From positions 224,001 through 288,000 of the forward strand of contig CAWAWS010000005.1 of assembly GCA_963785725.1 (NCBI GenBank): 64,000 bases of DNA, written 5' to 3'. Source of the stretch: an uncultured delta proteobacterium (GTDB taxonomy: Bacteria; Myxococcota_A; Polyangia; Palsa-1104). Below the pieces are notes generated by a model that saw only the letters and a program-made list of their open reading frames with translations, was not told the origin of the DNA and did not search any database. Positions 10,107 through 21,040 of the stretch are shown piece after piece (within the stretch, counting starts at the first letter, position 1; every line of letters starts with the position of its first letter). The position numbers and the translations under genes are program-made.

Positions 10107-11213
10107 TCAGCGACTTCTTAGCACGTCCCCGGCGACGAGGATATCATCGCCCAGGGGCCGCGTCGAAACCGCGCCCAAGCGCCAGGCGTCGGCCATCTTG
10201 CGCGGACCGGGCGTGGCGATGAGCGGAACGCCGCCGGCGCCGATGAGCTTGGGCGCGACGAAGAGCACCATCCGATCGGCCAGCTCCGCCGACAGAAAGG
10301 CGCCGTGCACCTGCCCGCCGCCTTCGACGAGCAGCGTCAGGATGCCGCGACGGCCGAGCTCATCGAGCAGCGCGGGCAAGGCGACGCGGCCGTTGCGGCC
10401 GCGTAAACGTACGACTTCCGCGCCTTTGGCGACGAGCCGCCGCGCCCGCGACTCGGGCGCGTCCCGGGTCGTCACGATCCACGCGTCGGGCACCGCTTTG
10501 GCGCGCGGTGACGTCGTCAGCTGGCCGTCGAGGATGACGCGCCGCGGGTCGCGCCCGCCGTCCCGTTCGCCTTTCGGCAGCCGCGTCGTCAGCGACGGAT
10601 CATCGGCGCGCACGGTGCCGGCGCCGACGAGGATGGCGTCCATCGTGTCACGCATGCGGTGCGCCTCGAGTCGCGACTCCGCGCCCGACACCCAGCGCGC
10701 ATCGCCGCCGCGCGCGGCCAAGCGACCGTCGAGCGTCACCGCCGCTTTCAGCGTCACCAGCGGCCGTTTCGTCCGCCAAAAGTGCAGGTAGCCGCGCAGC
10801 TGAGCCGCGCATTCGTCGCCGAGGAGGCCGAGCGTCACGTCGATGCCGGCCGCGCGCAGCTGCGCGACGCCACCGCCGTTGACGCGCGGATTCGGATCGA
10901 TGACGCCGACGACGACGCGCGCGACGCCGGCCCCGATCAAACGATCGGTGCAAGGCGGCGTGCGGCCCTGAAAGTTGTGCGGCTCTAGCGTCACGTAGGC
11001 GGTCGCGCCTTTGGCTTTGCCGCCCGCCGCCGTCAGCGCCATGGCTTCGGCGTGCGCGCCGCCCGGCGGCTGCGTGAAGCCGCGCGCGATGACGTTCTTG
11101 CCGCGCACGATGACGCAGCCGACCCACGGATTCGGCGACGTGCGGCCGCGGGCGCGCTCGCCCTCGGCCATCGCCTCGCGCATGAACGCTTCGTCCAAGC
11201 CGCTCGAGCTCAT
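10107..11213 (-). CDS. ribD: Riboflavin biosynthesis deaminase/reductase RibD
   Basis: TSPNPWVGCV, HAE, TLEPHNFQGRTPPC, TLDGRLA, LLVEGG. Confidence 0.93.
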   Translation of the reverse strand: MSSSGLDEAFMREAMAEGERARGRTSPNPWVGCVIVRGKNVIARGFTQPPGGAHAEAMALTAAGGKAKGATAYVTLEPHNFQGRTPPCTDRLIGAGVARVVVGVIDPNPRVNGGGVAQLRAAGIDVTLGLLGDECAAQLRGYLHFWRTKRPLVTLKAAVTLDGRLAARGGDARWVSGAESRLEAHRMRDTMDAILVGAGTVRADDPSLTTRLPKGERDGGRDPRRVILDGQLTTSPRAKAVPDAWIVTTRDAPESRARRLVAKGAEVVRLRGRNGRVALPALLDELGRRGILTLLVEGGGQVHGAFLSAELADRMVLFVAPKLIGAGGVPLIATPGPRKMADAWRLGAVSTRPLGDDILVAGDVLRSR

Positions 11214-11235
11214 GATCTGACGAGGATAACGCGAA

Positions 11236-11688
11236 TTACTTGAGCGTGACGTCGAGCATCGCGACGCGGCGCGCGTGCCGGCCGCCTTCGAACGGCGTCT
11301 CCAGCCACACGCGCAACGACTCCTCGGCCACCGCGGCGCCGATGAGCCGCTCGCCGAAGCAGATGACGTTGGCGTCGTTGTGCTGCCGGGAGAGCCGCGC
11401 CGCCGTCGGCTCGGAGACGAGCGCCGCGCGCACGCCGGCGACTTTGTTGGCCGCGATCGAAATGCCGATGCCCGAGCCGCACACGCAGACGCCGCGCGCG
11501 TCGCCGCCGAGCTGCACGACGCGCTCACCGACGGCGCGGCCATATTCGGGATAGTCGACCGACGCCGTCGAGTGCGCGCCGACGTCTTCGACGTTGTGGC
11601 CCCACGCGGTCAGCTTGTCGGCGAGCAGCGACTTCAAATTGTAGCCCGCGTGATCGGAGCCGATCACGACCGTCAACGGCTTTTGCAA
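11236..11688 (-). CDS. rpiB: Ribose-5-phosphate isomerase B
   Basis: GSDHAG, DYPEY, CGSGIG, SRQHNDANV, FEGGRHARRV. Confidence 0.93.
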   Translation of the reverse strand: MQKPLTVVIGSDHAGYNLKSLLADKLTAWGHNVEDVGAHSTASVDYPEYGRAVGERVVQLGGDARGVCVCGSGIGISIAANKVAGVRAALVSEPTAARLSRQHNDANVICFGERLIGAAVAEESLRVWLETPFEGGRHARRVAMLDVTLK

Positions 11689-11691
11689 ACG

Positions 11692-12940
<1,249 letters not shown>

Positions 12941-12975
12941 GTTTGGCCTTCAGCGACTACCTGAAGCCGCTTTGC

Positions 12976-13211
12976 TTAGGGGTTGGCGTGCGCTTTGATG
13001 TACTCGATCGCGTCCTTGACCGTCTTGATCTGCTCGGTGTCCTCGTCGGGAATCTCGATCGAGAACGCCTCTTCGAGCGCCAGCACCAGCTCGACGACGG
13101 CGAGCGAGTCGGCCTTGAGATCGTCGGTGAACGACGCCTCGGGCTTGACCTGCTCGGGGCTCACTTCGAGCTGCGCGCAGATGATCTCTTTACCTTCTGC
13201 TCGACGTTCAT
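12976..13211 (-). CDS. acpP: Acyl carrier protein, frameshift near 13190
   Basis: AGGAG SD then ATG AAC GTC GAG CAG AAG (MNVEQK); EIICAQL...[21 protein letters not shown]. Confidence 0.92.
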
Positions 13212-13262
13212 CTCATTCTCCTGTGAGCTTCTGATCGCGACTTCGGCTGGCTGGAAAGCGTT

Positions 13263-14005
13263 TTACATCAAAAGTCCGCCGTTGACGCGCACAACTTGTC
13301 CGGTGACGTAGGAAGCCGCCTCGGAGACGAGGAAGCGCACGGCGTCGCGCGACGTCTTCGGCCGAGCCGATGCGTCCGAGCGGGATCTGCTTGACGAGCG
13401 CGTCGCGCGCGTCGCCTTGCACGTGCTCGGCCGTCATGTCGGTCTCGATGAAGCCGGGCGTGACGCAGTTGACGGTGATCGCGCGCGACGCGAGCTCGCG
13501 CGCCAGCGACTGGGTCATGCCGATGAGGCCGGCCTTGGCCGCCGCGTAGGAGACCTGGCCGCCGTTGCCCTGCTCGCCGACGACGGACGAGATGTTGACG
13601 ATGCGGCCGGCCGGCGACTTCAAGAGGTAGCGCGACGCGGCCTTGCAGCAGTGGAACGCGCCCGACAGGTTGACGTCGAGCGTGCGCTGCCAGTCTTCGC
13701 GTCTTGGTGCGCAGGAGCAGGCCGTCGATGGCGATGCCGGCGTTGTTGACGACGACGTCGAGCCGACCGCGCTCTTGCGCGAGCTGCTTTACCGCGGCGT
13801 CGACCGCGTCGGCGTCGGCGACGTCGAAGCGCGAGAGCGCGCCGTCGCCGCCGGCGTCTTCGATCGCCTGCAGCGTCTCGGCCGCGGCCGCTTCGTTGGC
13901 GGTGTAGTTGACGATGACGAAGAGCCCGTCCTGACCGAGCGCGATGGCGATGGCGCGGCCGATGCCCCGCGATGCGCCGGTGACGAGCGCGACGCGCTTA
14001 TCCAT
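13263..14005 (-). CDS. fabG: 3-oxoacyl-ACP reductase, frameshifts near 13700 and 13350
   Basis: VTGASRGIG, NNAGI, YAAAK, C-terminus VTGQVVRVNGGLLM. Confidence 0.92.
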
Positions 14006-14893
14006 TGTTCGCAACTCCTTGCAGCGGCTGCAGCTTCACGGCCGGCGCGATGCGCTTGACGAGACCGGCCAGCACCGCGCCCGGCCCCACTTCGTAGGCT
14101 TCGTCGACGCCGAGCGCGGCGAGCTTTTGCACCGACTCTTCCCAGCGCACGCTGCCCGTCACTTGGCGATGCAGCAGATCCTTGACCCGCGCCGCGTCGC
14201 TGTTCGGCTCCGCCGTCACGTTGGCGACGACGGGAATCTTCAGCGGCGCCACCTTGACGCGCTCGAGCTCGGCGCGCAGCCGCTCGGCCGCCGGCGCCAT
14301 CAGCGCCGAATGGAACGGCGCCGACACCGGCAGCGCCTTGACCAGCTTGGCGCCCTTTTGCTTCGCCAGCGCCATCGCGCGCTCGACCGCCGCTTTGTGG
14401 CCGGCGACGACGACCTGCCCGGCGCCGTTGAAGTTCGCCGGCTGACAGGCTCTCGCTCTCGTCCGGCGACGCTTCGCGGCAGGTGTCGCCGACCGTCGAC
14501 GCGTCGAGCCCGATGATCGCCGCCATCGCGCCCACGCCTTCGGGCACCGCCTCCTGCATGAACTTGCCGCGCAGGTGAACGAGCCGCACGGCGTCCGCGA
14601 ACGTCAGCGCGCCGGCATAGACCAGCGCCGAATATTCGCCGAGCGAATGGCCGGCCGCGATGTCGGCCTCGATGCCGCGCTCGCGCAGCTGATCGGCCCA
14701 CGCGATCGACACCGTCAGAATCGCCGGCTGCGTGTTCTGCGTGCGCATGAGCTCGCCGTCGGGCCCTTCGGCGATGATCTTCGACAGCGCAAAGCCGAGC
14801 GCCTCGTCGGCCTCGGCGAAGCGCGCGCGCGGCAAGGCCCGCGTCCATGCCGACCTTCTGCGAGCCCTGCCCGGGAAACAGGAACGCGCGCAT
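13998..14893 (-). CDS. fabD: Malonyl-CoA:ACP transacylase, frameshifts near 14840 and 14445
   Basis: FLFPGQGSQ, TQPAIL, GHSLGEY, VSAPFHS, EVGPG. Confidence 0.93.
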
Positions 14894-14929
14894 CACCGCG
14901 CTCCGCGCGTTGACGCGCAAACCAACGAT

Positions 14930-14981
14930 CCGCCGGCCCTACGGGCCTGGCTCACTTCGCTTCGCTTCGCTCCGCTCATCG
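14930..14981. repeat. Short intergenic REP-like element (small hairpin plus CTTCG pentamer repeats)
   Basis: ccggccctacgggcctgg followed by cttcg cttcg cttcg ctccg between fabH and fabD. Confidence 0.5.
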
Positions 14982-14982
14982 C

Positions 14983-15968
14983 CTAGAACCGCACCAGCGC
15001 CGAGCCCCACGACAGGCCGGCGCCGAGCGCGGCCATGAGGATGAGGTCGTTCGGCTTGACGCGCCCTTCGCGCGCCGCCTCGTCGAGCGCGATCGGAATC
15101 GAGGCCGACGACGTATTGCCGTACTTATGGATGTTCAAATAGAAGCGATCGAGGCCGATGCCGACGCGCTCGGACACGCCTTCGAGGATGCGAATGTTCG
15201 CCTGATGCGCGACGACGACGTCGACGTCCGCCGCCGTCTTGCCGTTGTGCTCGAGCGCCGTCTTGGCCGCGGCCGAGATGTTCTTGACCGCGTGCGTGAA
15301 CACCGACTTGCCCTGCATCTGCACGAGATGGCGCTTGGCCTCGACCGACTTGAGCGACGTCGGCTCCAGCGATCCGCCGCCGGGGATGTTGAGGAACGGC
15401 ACGCCCGCGCCGTCGGCGAAGAGGTGCGTCGACTGGATGCCGCGCTCGTCCGTCGACGGGACCGAGCAGCGCCGCGCCGGCGCCGTCGCCGAAGAGCACG
15501 CAGGTGTTGCGATCGGTCCAGTCGACGCAGGCGCGACAGGATCTCGACGCCGATGACGAGCACGTTCTTGAACTGCCCCGAGCGAATGAAGGCGTCGCCG
15601 ATGGACAGGCCGTAGATGAAGCCGGCGCAGGCGGCCGAGATGTCGAACGCGGCCGAGCCCGGACGCGCGCCCAGCTTCTGCTGCACGGTGACGGCGACGG
15701 CCGGCATCGGCATGTCGGGGCTGATGGTGCCGACGATGATGCAGTCGATCTGGCTCGGATCGATCTCGGCCGTCTCGCAGGCGCGCCGGCCGGCGTCCGC
15801 CGCCAGATCCGACGTCGAGCGGCCCTCTTCGAGGATGCGCCGCGCGCCGATGCCGGTGCGCTCGCGAATCCACGAGTCGGAGGTCTCGACCAGCTTCGAG
15901 AGGTCGTCGTTGGTCAACACCTTGTCCGGCACAGCCTTGCCCGTGCCTGCGATGCGCGCTCTCAACAT
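14983..15968 (-). CDS. fabH: 3-oxoacyl-ACP synthase III, frameshifts near 15530 and 15470
   Basis: WIRERTGI, AACAGF, LFGDGAGA, HQANIRI, GNTSSAS. Confidence 0.93.
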
Positions 15969-16013
15969 GCGTTCAATCCTCGGTTCGAATGATTCCGCGA
16001 AAACATGGTCGCT

Positions 16014-17063
16014 CTAGCCGCTCGCCTGCTCCGCCTCGGCCGCCCACAACGGCGCGTGCTTGACGATGGCCTGCGAAACCGCCTCGGTCAGCCCCGACTC
16101 GACGAAGCCGGCGGCGACGCGAATGGCGTTCTTGAATGCCTTGGCGTTGGCCGCGCCGTGCGTCAGAACGGCCACGCCGTTGACGCCGACGAGCGGCGCG
16201 CCGCCGTGCTCGTCGACGTCGAGCGTCTGCTTGAGCCGCTTGAAGGCGCCGCGCAAGAGGAGCGCGCCCAGCTTGCCGATCGTCGACGACATGATCTCGC
16301 GCTTGATGATGGCCGAGATCGCCGCCGCCGCGCCCTCCGACGTCTTCAACACGATGTTGCCGGTGAAGCCGTCGGTGACCACGACGTCGACGTCGCCGCC
16401 GAAGATGTCGCGCCCTTCGACGTAGCCGACGAAGTCGAAGTCCTTGTCGTCGAGCGCGGCCGAGAGGAGCTTGTGCGCGCCGCGCGTCAGCTCGGTCCCC
16501 TTCGTCGCCTCTTCGCCGTTCGACAACAGCCCCACTTTGGGCCGCTTCTTGTGATGCAACAGGCGCGCATAGACCGCACCCAAGACCGCGAATTGCGTCA
16601 GGATCTCAGGCCGGCAGTCGACGTTGGCGCCCATGTCGATGAGCGCGCACACGCCGTTGACCGTTGGAAACGTCGTGACGATGCCCGGCCGCTCGACGCC
16701 ATGCAGACGCCGCAGCACGAACAGGCCGCACGCCAACATCGCGCCCGAGTTCCCGGCCGAGACGACGGCATCGGCCGCGCCCTCCTTGGCCAGGTCGAAC
16801 GCGACGCGCATCGACGAGTCTTTCTTGCCTTTGGCCGCCACCGCCGGGTGATCCTCCATGCGGATCACCTCGGAGGCGTGGCGAATCGTCAGACCGTCGA
16901 GCGGCGAGGTCACGCCGAGGCGCGCGAGCTCTTGCCGAAGGCGCGTCTCGTCACCGACGAGAAGCACCTTCGCAAAACGCTCGCGCACCGCCGCGACCGC
17001 GCCCTCGACCTCGGGACTCGGCGCGTGATCGCCCCCCATCGCGTCGACGGCGACGGTCTTCAT
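16014..17063 (-). CDS. plsX: Phosphate acyltransferase PlsX
   Basis: VAVDAMGGDHAP, SAGNSGA, DMGAN, VTDGFTGN. Confidence 0.95.
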   Translation of the reverse strand: MKTVAVDAMGGDHAPSPEVEGAVAAVRERFAKVLLVGDETRLRQELARLGVTSPLDGLTIRHASEVIRMEDHPAVAAKGKKDSSMRVAFDLAKEGAADAVVSAGNSGAMLACGLFVLRRLHGVERPGIVTTFPTVNGVCALIDMGANVDCRPEILTQFAVLGAVYARLLHHKKRPKVGLLSNGEEATKGTELTRGAHKLLSAALDDKDFDFVGYVEGRDIFGGDVDVVVTDGFTGNIVLKTSEGAAAAISAIIKREIMSSTIGKLGALLLRGAFKRLKQTLDVDEHGGAPLVGVNGVAVLTHGAANAKAFKNAIRVAAGFVESGLTEAVSQAIVKHAPLWAAEAEQASG

Positions 17064-17069
17064 CCGAAG

Positions 17070-17267
17070 CTAGGCCTCGGTTTCCTCGGTCTTGGCGATG
17101 ACTTCGCGGTCGCGGTAGAAGCCGCACGCCTCGCAGATGCGGTGCGGGAGCTTGGGCTCCTGGCACTTCGGGCACGGGGTGACCGACGGCTTGGGAACGC
17201 TACGCATCCACTGCGCGCGACGATGATCGCGCATCGCCTTCGATTTACGTCGCTTGGGAACAGCCAT
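17070..17267 (-). CDS. rpmF: 50S ribosomal protein L32 (Cys-containing type)
   Basis: MAVPKRRKSK, CPKC...HRICEACG. Confidence 0.95.
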   Translation of the reverse strand: MAVPKRRKSKAMRDHRRAQWMRSVPKPSVTPCPKCQEPKLPHRICEACGFYRDREVIAKTEETEA

Positions 17268-17313
17268 AGTCCTGCCTCTCTCTTTCCAACTGCATCCGTG
17301 CTACTGGGTCTGA

Positions 17314-17844
17314 CTAACTGAGCTTGAGCTTTTCGAGCGCGGCGAACCGCGGGTCACCGAGCCCAGCGACGGAATGGCCGCAGTTGAGCTCGTTCTTGTT
17401 CTGTCCGCAAACGGTGCATAAGCCGACGCAATTCTCGCGGCAGCGCGGCGCGATCGGCAGCGCCAGAATCAGCTGCTCGCGCACGATCGGCGCCAGATCG
17501 ACGTTGACGCGGTCGTGCGTGGCCACGTCGACGTCGTCGAGCGGGTCGTCGCTCACCGCGATCTTGCCTTCGTTGGCGACGAACGTCATGTGCAGCGGCA
17601 CGTCGACCTTGATCTGCGCCGGGCCCAGACATTTGCCGCACGGCACCGTGATCAGCGCCTTCAAGCCACCGACGACAAAGACATTTTCGTCATCGCGATC
17701 GTAACGCAGGGCGACTTGCAAGTGGCCCGTCGTGGCGTCGAGATCGACGTCGAGCCCGGCAAATGCGTCGGCGAGGAGCGCTTTGGAGAGCTCCTGCTGA
17801 TCGAGCAATCCGTCGCTCGGTATGTCCTTGATTTTATAGCGCAT
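17314..17844 (-). CDS. yceD: DUF177/YceD family protein
   Basis: CGKC, REQLILALP, C-x-x-x-C-x-GLC-x-x-CG, DPRFAAL; upstream of rpmF. Confidence 0.88.
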   Translation of the reverse strand: MRYKIKDIPSDGLLDQQELSKALLADAFAGLDVDLDATTGHLQVALRYDRDDENVFVVGGLKALITVPCGKCLGPAQIKVDVPLHMTFVANEGKIAVSDDPLDDVDVATHDRVNVDLAPIVREQLILALPIAPRCRENCVGLCTVCGQNKNELNCGHSVAGLGDPRFAALEKLKLS

Positions 17845-17864
17845 AACTGGAAAAAAGACGGCTC

Positions 17865-17892
17865 AATATAGTCGGAACGGCCTGGAAGTCAA
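17865..17892 (-). promoter_or_regulatory. Sigma70-type promoter of the yceD-rpmF-plsX-fab operon
   Basis: TTGACT-16 nt-TATATT. Confidence 0.7.
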
Positions 17893-17979
17893 GCCGAAAC
17901 CCCAAATTCACAGGTCGTCTACCACACTTCGGCGGGCTCTGCCCGGGAATCGGCGCTGGGGAGCTGCGCCGCGAGGATT

Positions 17980-19287
17980 CTAAGGCGTCAGCCGCGTGAG
18001 GTCGCGCGGAAAGAGCACGGCCTCACGAATATTGCCGAGGCCGGTCAGCTGCATCAGGAAGCGCTCGAGGCCGATGGCGAAACCGCCGTGCGGCGGCATG
18101 CCGTGCTTGAAGACCTCGAGATAGGCCGCCAAGGGCTCGCTCGCCATCCCGCGCGCCGCCAGCGCCGCCAAGTAGTCGGCGTGGCGATGCAGCCGCTGCC
18201 CGCCGGTGACCAGCTCGGTGCCGCGAAAGAGCAAGTCGAACGAGCGCGAATACGCGGGCCGCGCCGGGTCGGGATGGGTATAGAACGGCCGCTTGTGCAG
18301 CGGATAGCCGACGACGAAGAGCCACTCGCTGCCGTGCTCCTCGGCGGCCCAGCGGCCGAGCCAGCGCTCGCCCTCGGGCGACAGGTCGGGCTGGCCGCGC
18401 TCGTGCTCACCGAGCGCGCCGGCGATCCGCTCCTGCGCTTCGGCGAAATGGATCTCGGGCACGCGCTCGGGCAGCTCGGGCAGACGCGTCGCGAGCAGCG
18501 CCAGCTCGACGGCGCAGCTCGCCGCAAGCTCGGCCAGCATCGCGCGCAAGGTCCGAGTGAGCTCGCGCATGACGTCGGCGTGGCTCTCGATGAAGCCGAG
18601 CTCGACGTCGAGGCTGGTGTACTGGTTGATGTGGCGCACGGTGTCGTGCGGCTCGGCGCGGAAGACCGGGCCGACTTCGTAGACCCGCTCGAAGACGCCG
18701 ACCATGATCTGCTTGTAGAGCTGCGGGCTCTGCGCCAAGTACGCTTCCTGCTTGAAGTAGCGCACGGCGAAGACGTTGGCGCCGCCTTCGGTGGCGCCGG
18801 CGACGAGCTTGGGCGACTGGATCTCGGTGAAGCCGCGCGCGTCCAGCGAGCCGCGAAAGGCGCGCATCGCCGCCGCGCCGAGCCGGAAGATGGCGCGCCG
18901 GGTCGGATGACGATTGGCGACGACGGCGTGGTCGAGCAGCGCCGGCAGCTGCGCGCGCAGCGCCTTCTTGCCGAGCACGATCGGCGTCGGCTCCGTCACC
19001 GGCGCCAGCAGACGCAGCGTGATGCCGTGCAGCTCGACGCCACCCGGCGCCTGCGCCTCGGCGACGACGTCACCTTCGAGCTCGACGACCGACTCGGCGA
19101 GCGCGCCGGCCGCGCGCAGCGGCTCGAGCCGCGCCTCGTCGGTGACGACGGCCTGCACGAGGCCCCAGCCGTCGCGAATGACGAGGAAGGTTAGACCGCT
19201 GAGCCGACGCTGCGCATGCAGCCAGCCGGCGATGCGAACCCGCGCGCCAATATGCGCGGCTACTTCAACCGAACGAACACGTTCCAT
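17980..19287 (-). CDS. aspS: Archaeal-type, probably non-discriminating aspartyl-tRNA synthetase
   Basis: 435 aa with no bacterial insertion domain; QAPGGVE loop, LAQSPQLYKQ, FRAE, GGQRLH, PPHGGFAIGLER. Confidence 0.88.
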   Translation of the reverse strand: MERVRSVEVAAHIGARVRIAGWLHAQRRLSGLTFLVIRDGWGLVQAVVTDEARLEPLRAAGALAESVVELEGDVVAEAQAPGGVELHGITLRLLAPVTEPTPIVLGKKALRAQLPALLDHAVVANRHPTRRAIFRLGAAAMRAFRGSLDARGFTEIQSPKLVAGATEGGANVFAVRYFKQEAYLAQSPQLYKQIMVGVFERVYEVGPVFRAEPHDTVRHINQYTSLDVELGFIESHADVMRELTRTLRAMLAELAASCAVELALLATRLPELPERVPEIHFAEAQERIAGALGEHERGQPDLSPEGERWLGRWAAEEHGSEWLFVVGYPLHKRPFYTHPDPARPAYSRSFDLLFRGTELVTGGQRLHRHADYLAALAARGMASEPLAAYLEVFKHGMPPHGGFAIGLERFLMQLTGLGNIREAVLFPRDLTRLTP

Positions 19288-19303
19288 CGGACGCCCCTTT
19301 GGT

Positions 19304-19351
19304 GCTGGCCCTGCCGTGTGGACGCGGAAGCGCGCCTGCGGCAGGCCCAGC
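19304..19351 (-). promoter_or_regulatory. GC-rich hairpin in the aspS leader (candidate attenuator element)
   Basis: GCTGGGCCTGCCG...CGGCAGGGCCAGC pairs at 12 of 13 positions, with inner GGCGCG-CTTC-CGCGTC stem; just before the AAAGGGG SD. Confidence 0.7.
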
Positions 19352-19357
19352 GGCCCG

Positions 19358-19399
19358 TCAGGCGTCTTCCCGCGGATCGTCTCCGTCGATGGTGTTCAT
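19358..19399 (-). CDS. Putative Asp/Asn-rich leader peptide MNTIDGDDPREDA
   Basis: ATG AAC ACC ATC GAC GGA GAC GAT CCG CGG GAA GAC GCC TGA; TTGACT -35 at 19437-19432. Confidence 0.6.
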   Translation of the reverse strand: MNTIDGDDPREDA

Positions 19400-19468
19400 G
19401 ACGCCCTTAGTGGAGCGTGTCGCGCGCGCGAAGTCAAGGCGCGCCGAGCCAACGCGTGAGCGAGATCG

Positions 19469-21040
19469 CTATTTGCCGGCCGAGCCGAGCAGCGCGGCGC
19501 CGCCGATGGTCAAGAGCGCGCGAATGTCGTCGTCGTTGAACGTGAGCTGCGCGCCGAAGAAGTAGTCGCGCCCGGTCGAGACGCCGGCGCCGGGGCCGCG
19601 GCCGTTCAAGACGTCGTCGATGCCGCCGACGAGCCAGATGTGCCGATAGAACTCGAGCGCCGCCATGATCTTCAAGCGCGGGTAGATGTTCGTCGTGAAG
19701 TCGAAGAGGTCGAGGTTGAGCGACACCGAGCGAAACGACGCCCGCGTGACCGACAGCGGCAGATCGACGTCGGCGCCGATGCCGCCGGTCGACTCCTTGA
19801 TGCCGAAGCGGCCGGTCAAGATGACGCGACCGTCGAGCAGGAAGAAGCGCTTGGCGAGCTGAAAGCTGAAGCGGAAGCGATCGGTGGTCGTGATCGTGTT
19901 GGTGACCGTCGTCTGCGGCTTCGAGGGATCGTCGGTGGTGACGTAGCTCGTGCTGTTGCTCGAGTAGCCGCGCGGATCGTCGACGAGCTCGATGAGGAAG
20001 TACTTGTCGGGCCGCGACATCAGCTTGACCGAGACGTACGTCTTCAACGAGTTGGCGAGGACGTTGTACTCCGAGCGCAGGCCGATGAGCGTCTGCAAGC
20101 GCGTGATCGAACGGATGAATCCGCCCGCGTCCTCGGTGATCTGCTCGACGTTGTTGGCGATGGTGTCGTCGTTCAAGAGGCGGCCGACGGTGCCCTCGCC
20201 CGCTTTGACCTTGTCGGTCATCGTCGACATGTTCTCGAGCGTGTGGTTCAAGTTGTCGACGGCGGAGCCGATCTTGTCGAGATCCTGGCGCAGCTTGTCG
20301 CCGGTCGAGTTCATCTGCGTGTCGCCGTTGCCGACGAGCGCTTTGACGCTCTCGGTGATGTCGCGGATGTTCGACAGCGACTTCTTGATGTCCGCCGACG
20401 CCTGACCGGCGGTCATGCCTTTGACGTCGAGCGCGATCGAGTCGACGTGCTTCAACAGCTGCTCCGCCGCCGCCGAGTTCTTGTCGACGGCGCCTTGCAC
20501 GCTCTTGGCGATGTCCTGCAGCGGCCCTTGCGTCAGCTTGTGCACGTCCTGAAGGATCGAGCGCAAGACCGGCAAGGTCTCGTTCACCTGCACCAAGATA
20601 TCGCTCGTCGACACCGCTTCGACGACGTTGGGAATCTGATCCCCGTCGCGCAGGAGGTTGTTCTTCTTCATCAGCCCGGTGACCGGATCGGGCGACTCCG
20701 ACGTGCCGGGATCGATCTCGAGGTAGAACTCGCCCAGCAGCGACGCCGTCTTCTTGAAGACCGTGGCGTTGGACCAGATCTGCGTGTTGGGGATGACGCG
20801 GATCGTGATCTTGGCGAACGAGCCTTCCAAGCGGCGGTCGACGATCTCGCCGACGTTGAGGCCGGCGATCTGCACGCGCGACTTGTCGACGAGGCCGGTG
20901 GCGTCATGGAAGATGCACCAGACGCGATAGCCCTTGTTGCCGGAGATGCCTTTGGCGACGAAGCGAAAGCCGACGAAGCCCAAGATCGCGATCAACATCA
21001 CGGTGAGGCCGACCTTGATGGCCGCGGCGGTCGGCTTCAT
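19469..21040 (-). CDS. mlaD: MCE/MlaD family protein with long helical region and C-terminal beta-rich domain
   Basis: N-terminal TM; FHDATGLVDKSRVQIAGLNVGEI and LLGEFYLEIDPG MCE motifs; follows mlaE and mlaF. Confidence 0.85.
   Translation of the reverse strand: MKPTAAAIKVGLTVMLIAILGFVGFRFVAKGISGNKGYRVWCIFHDATGLVDKSRVQIAGLNVGEIVDRRLEGSFAKITIRVIPNTQIWSNATVFKKTASLLGEFYLEIDPGTSESPDPVTGLMKKNNLLRDGDQIPNVVEAVSTSDILVQVNETLPVLRSILQDVHKLTQGPLQDIAKSVQGAVDKNSAAAEQLLKHVDSIALDVKGMTAGQASADIKKSLSNIRDITESVKALVGNGDTQMNSTGDKLRQDLDKIGSAVDNLNHTLENMSTMTDKVKAGEGTVGRLLNDDTIANNVEQITEDAGGFIRSITRLQTLIGLRSEYNVLANSLKTYVSVKLMSRPDKYFLIELVDDPRGYSSNSTSYVTTDDPSKPQTTVTNTITTTDRFRFSFQLAKRFFLLDGRVILTGRFGIKESTGGIGADVDLPLSVTRASFRSVSLNLDLFDFTTNIYPRLKIMAALEFYRHIWLVGGIDDVLNGRGPGAGVSTGRDYFFGAQLTFNDDDIRALLTIGGAALLGSAGK

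Noticed and set aside
11214..11235. FMN riboswitch before ribD
   Set aside because: Only 22 bp separate rpiB and ribD
19288..19440. T-box riboswitch upstream of aspS
   Set aside because: No UGGnACC T-box sequence or U-tailed terminator, and the leader is too short; the leader-peptide model fits better
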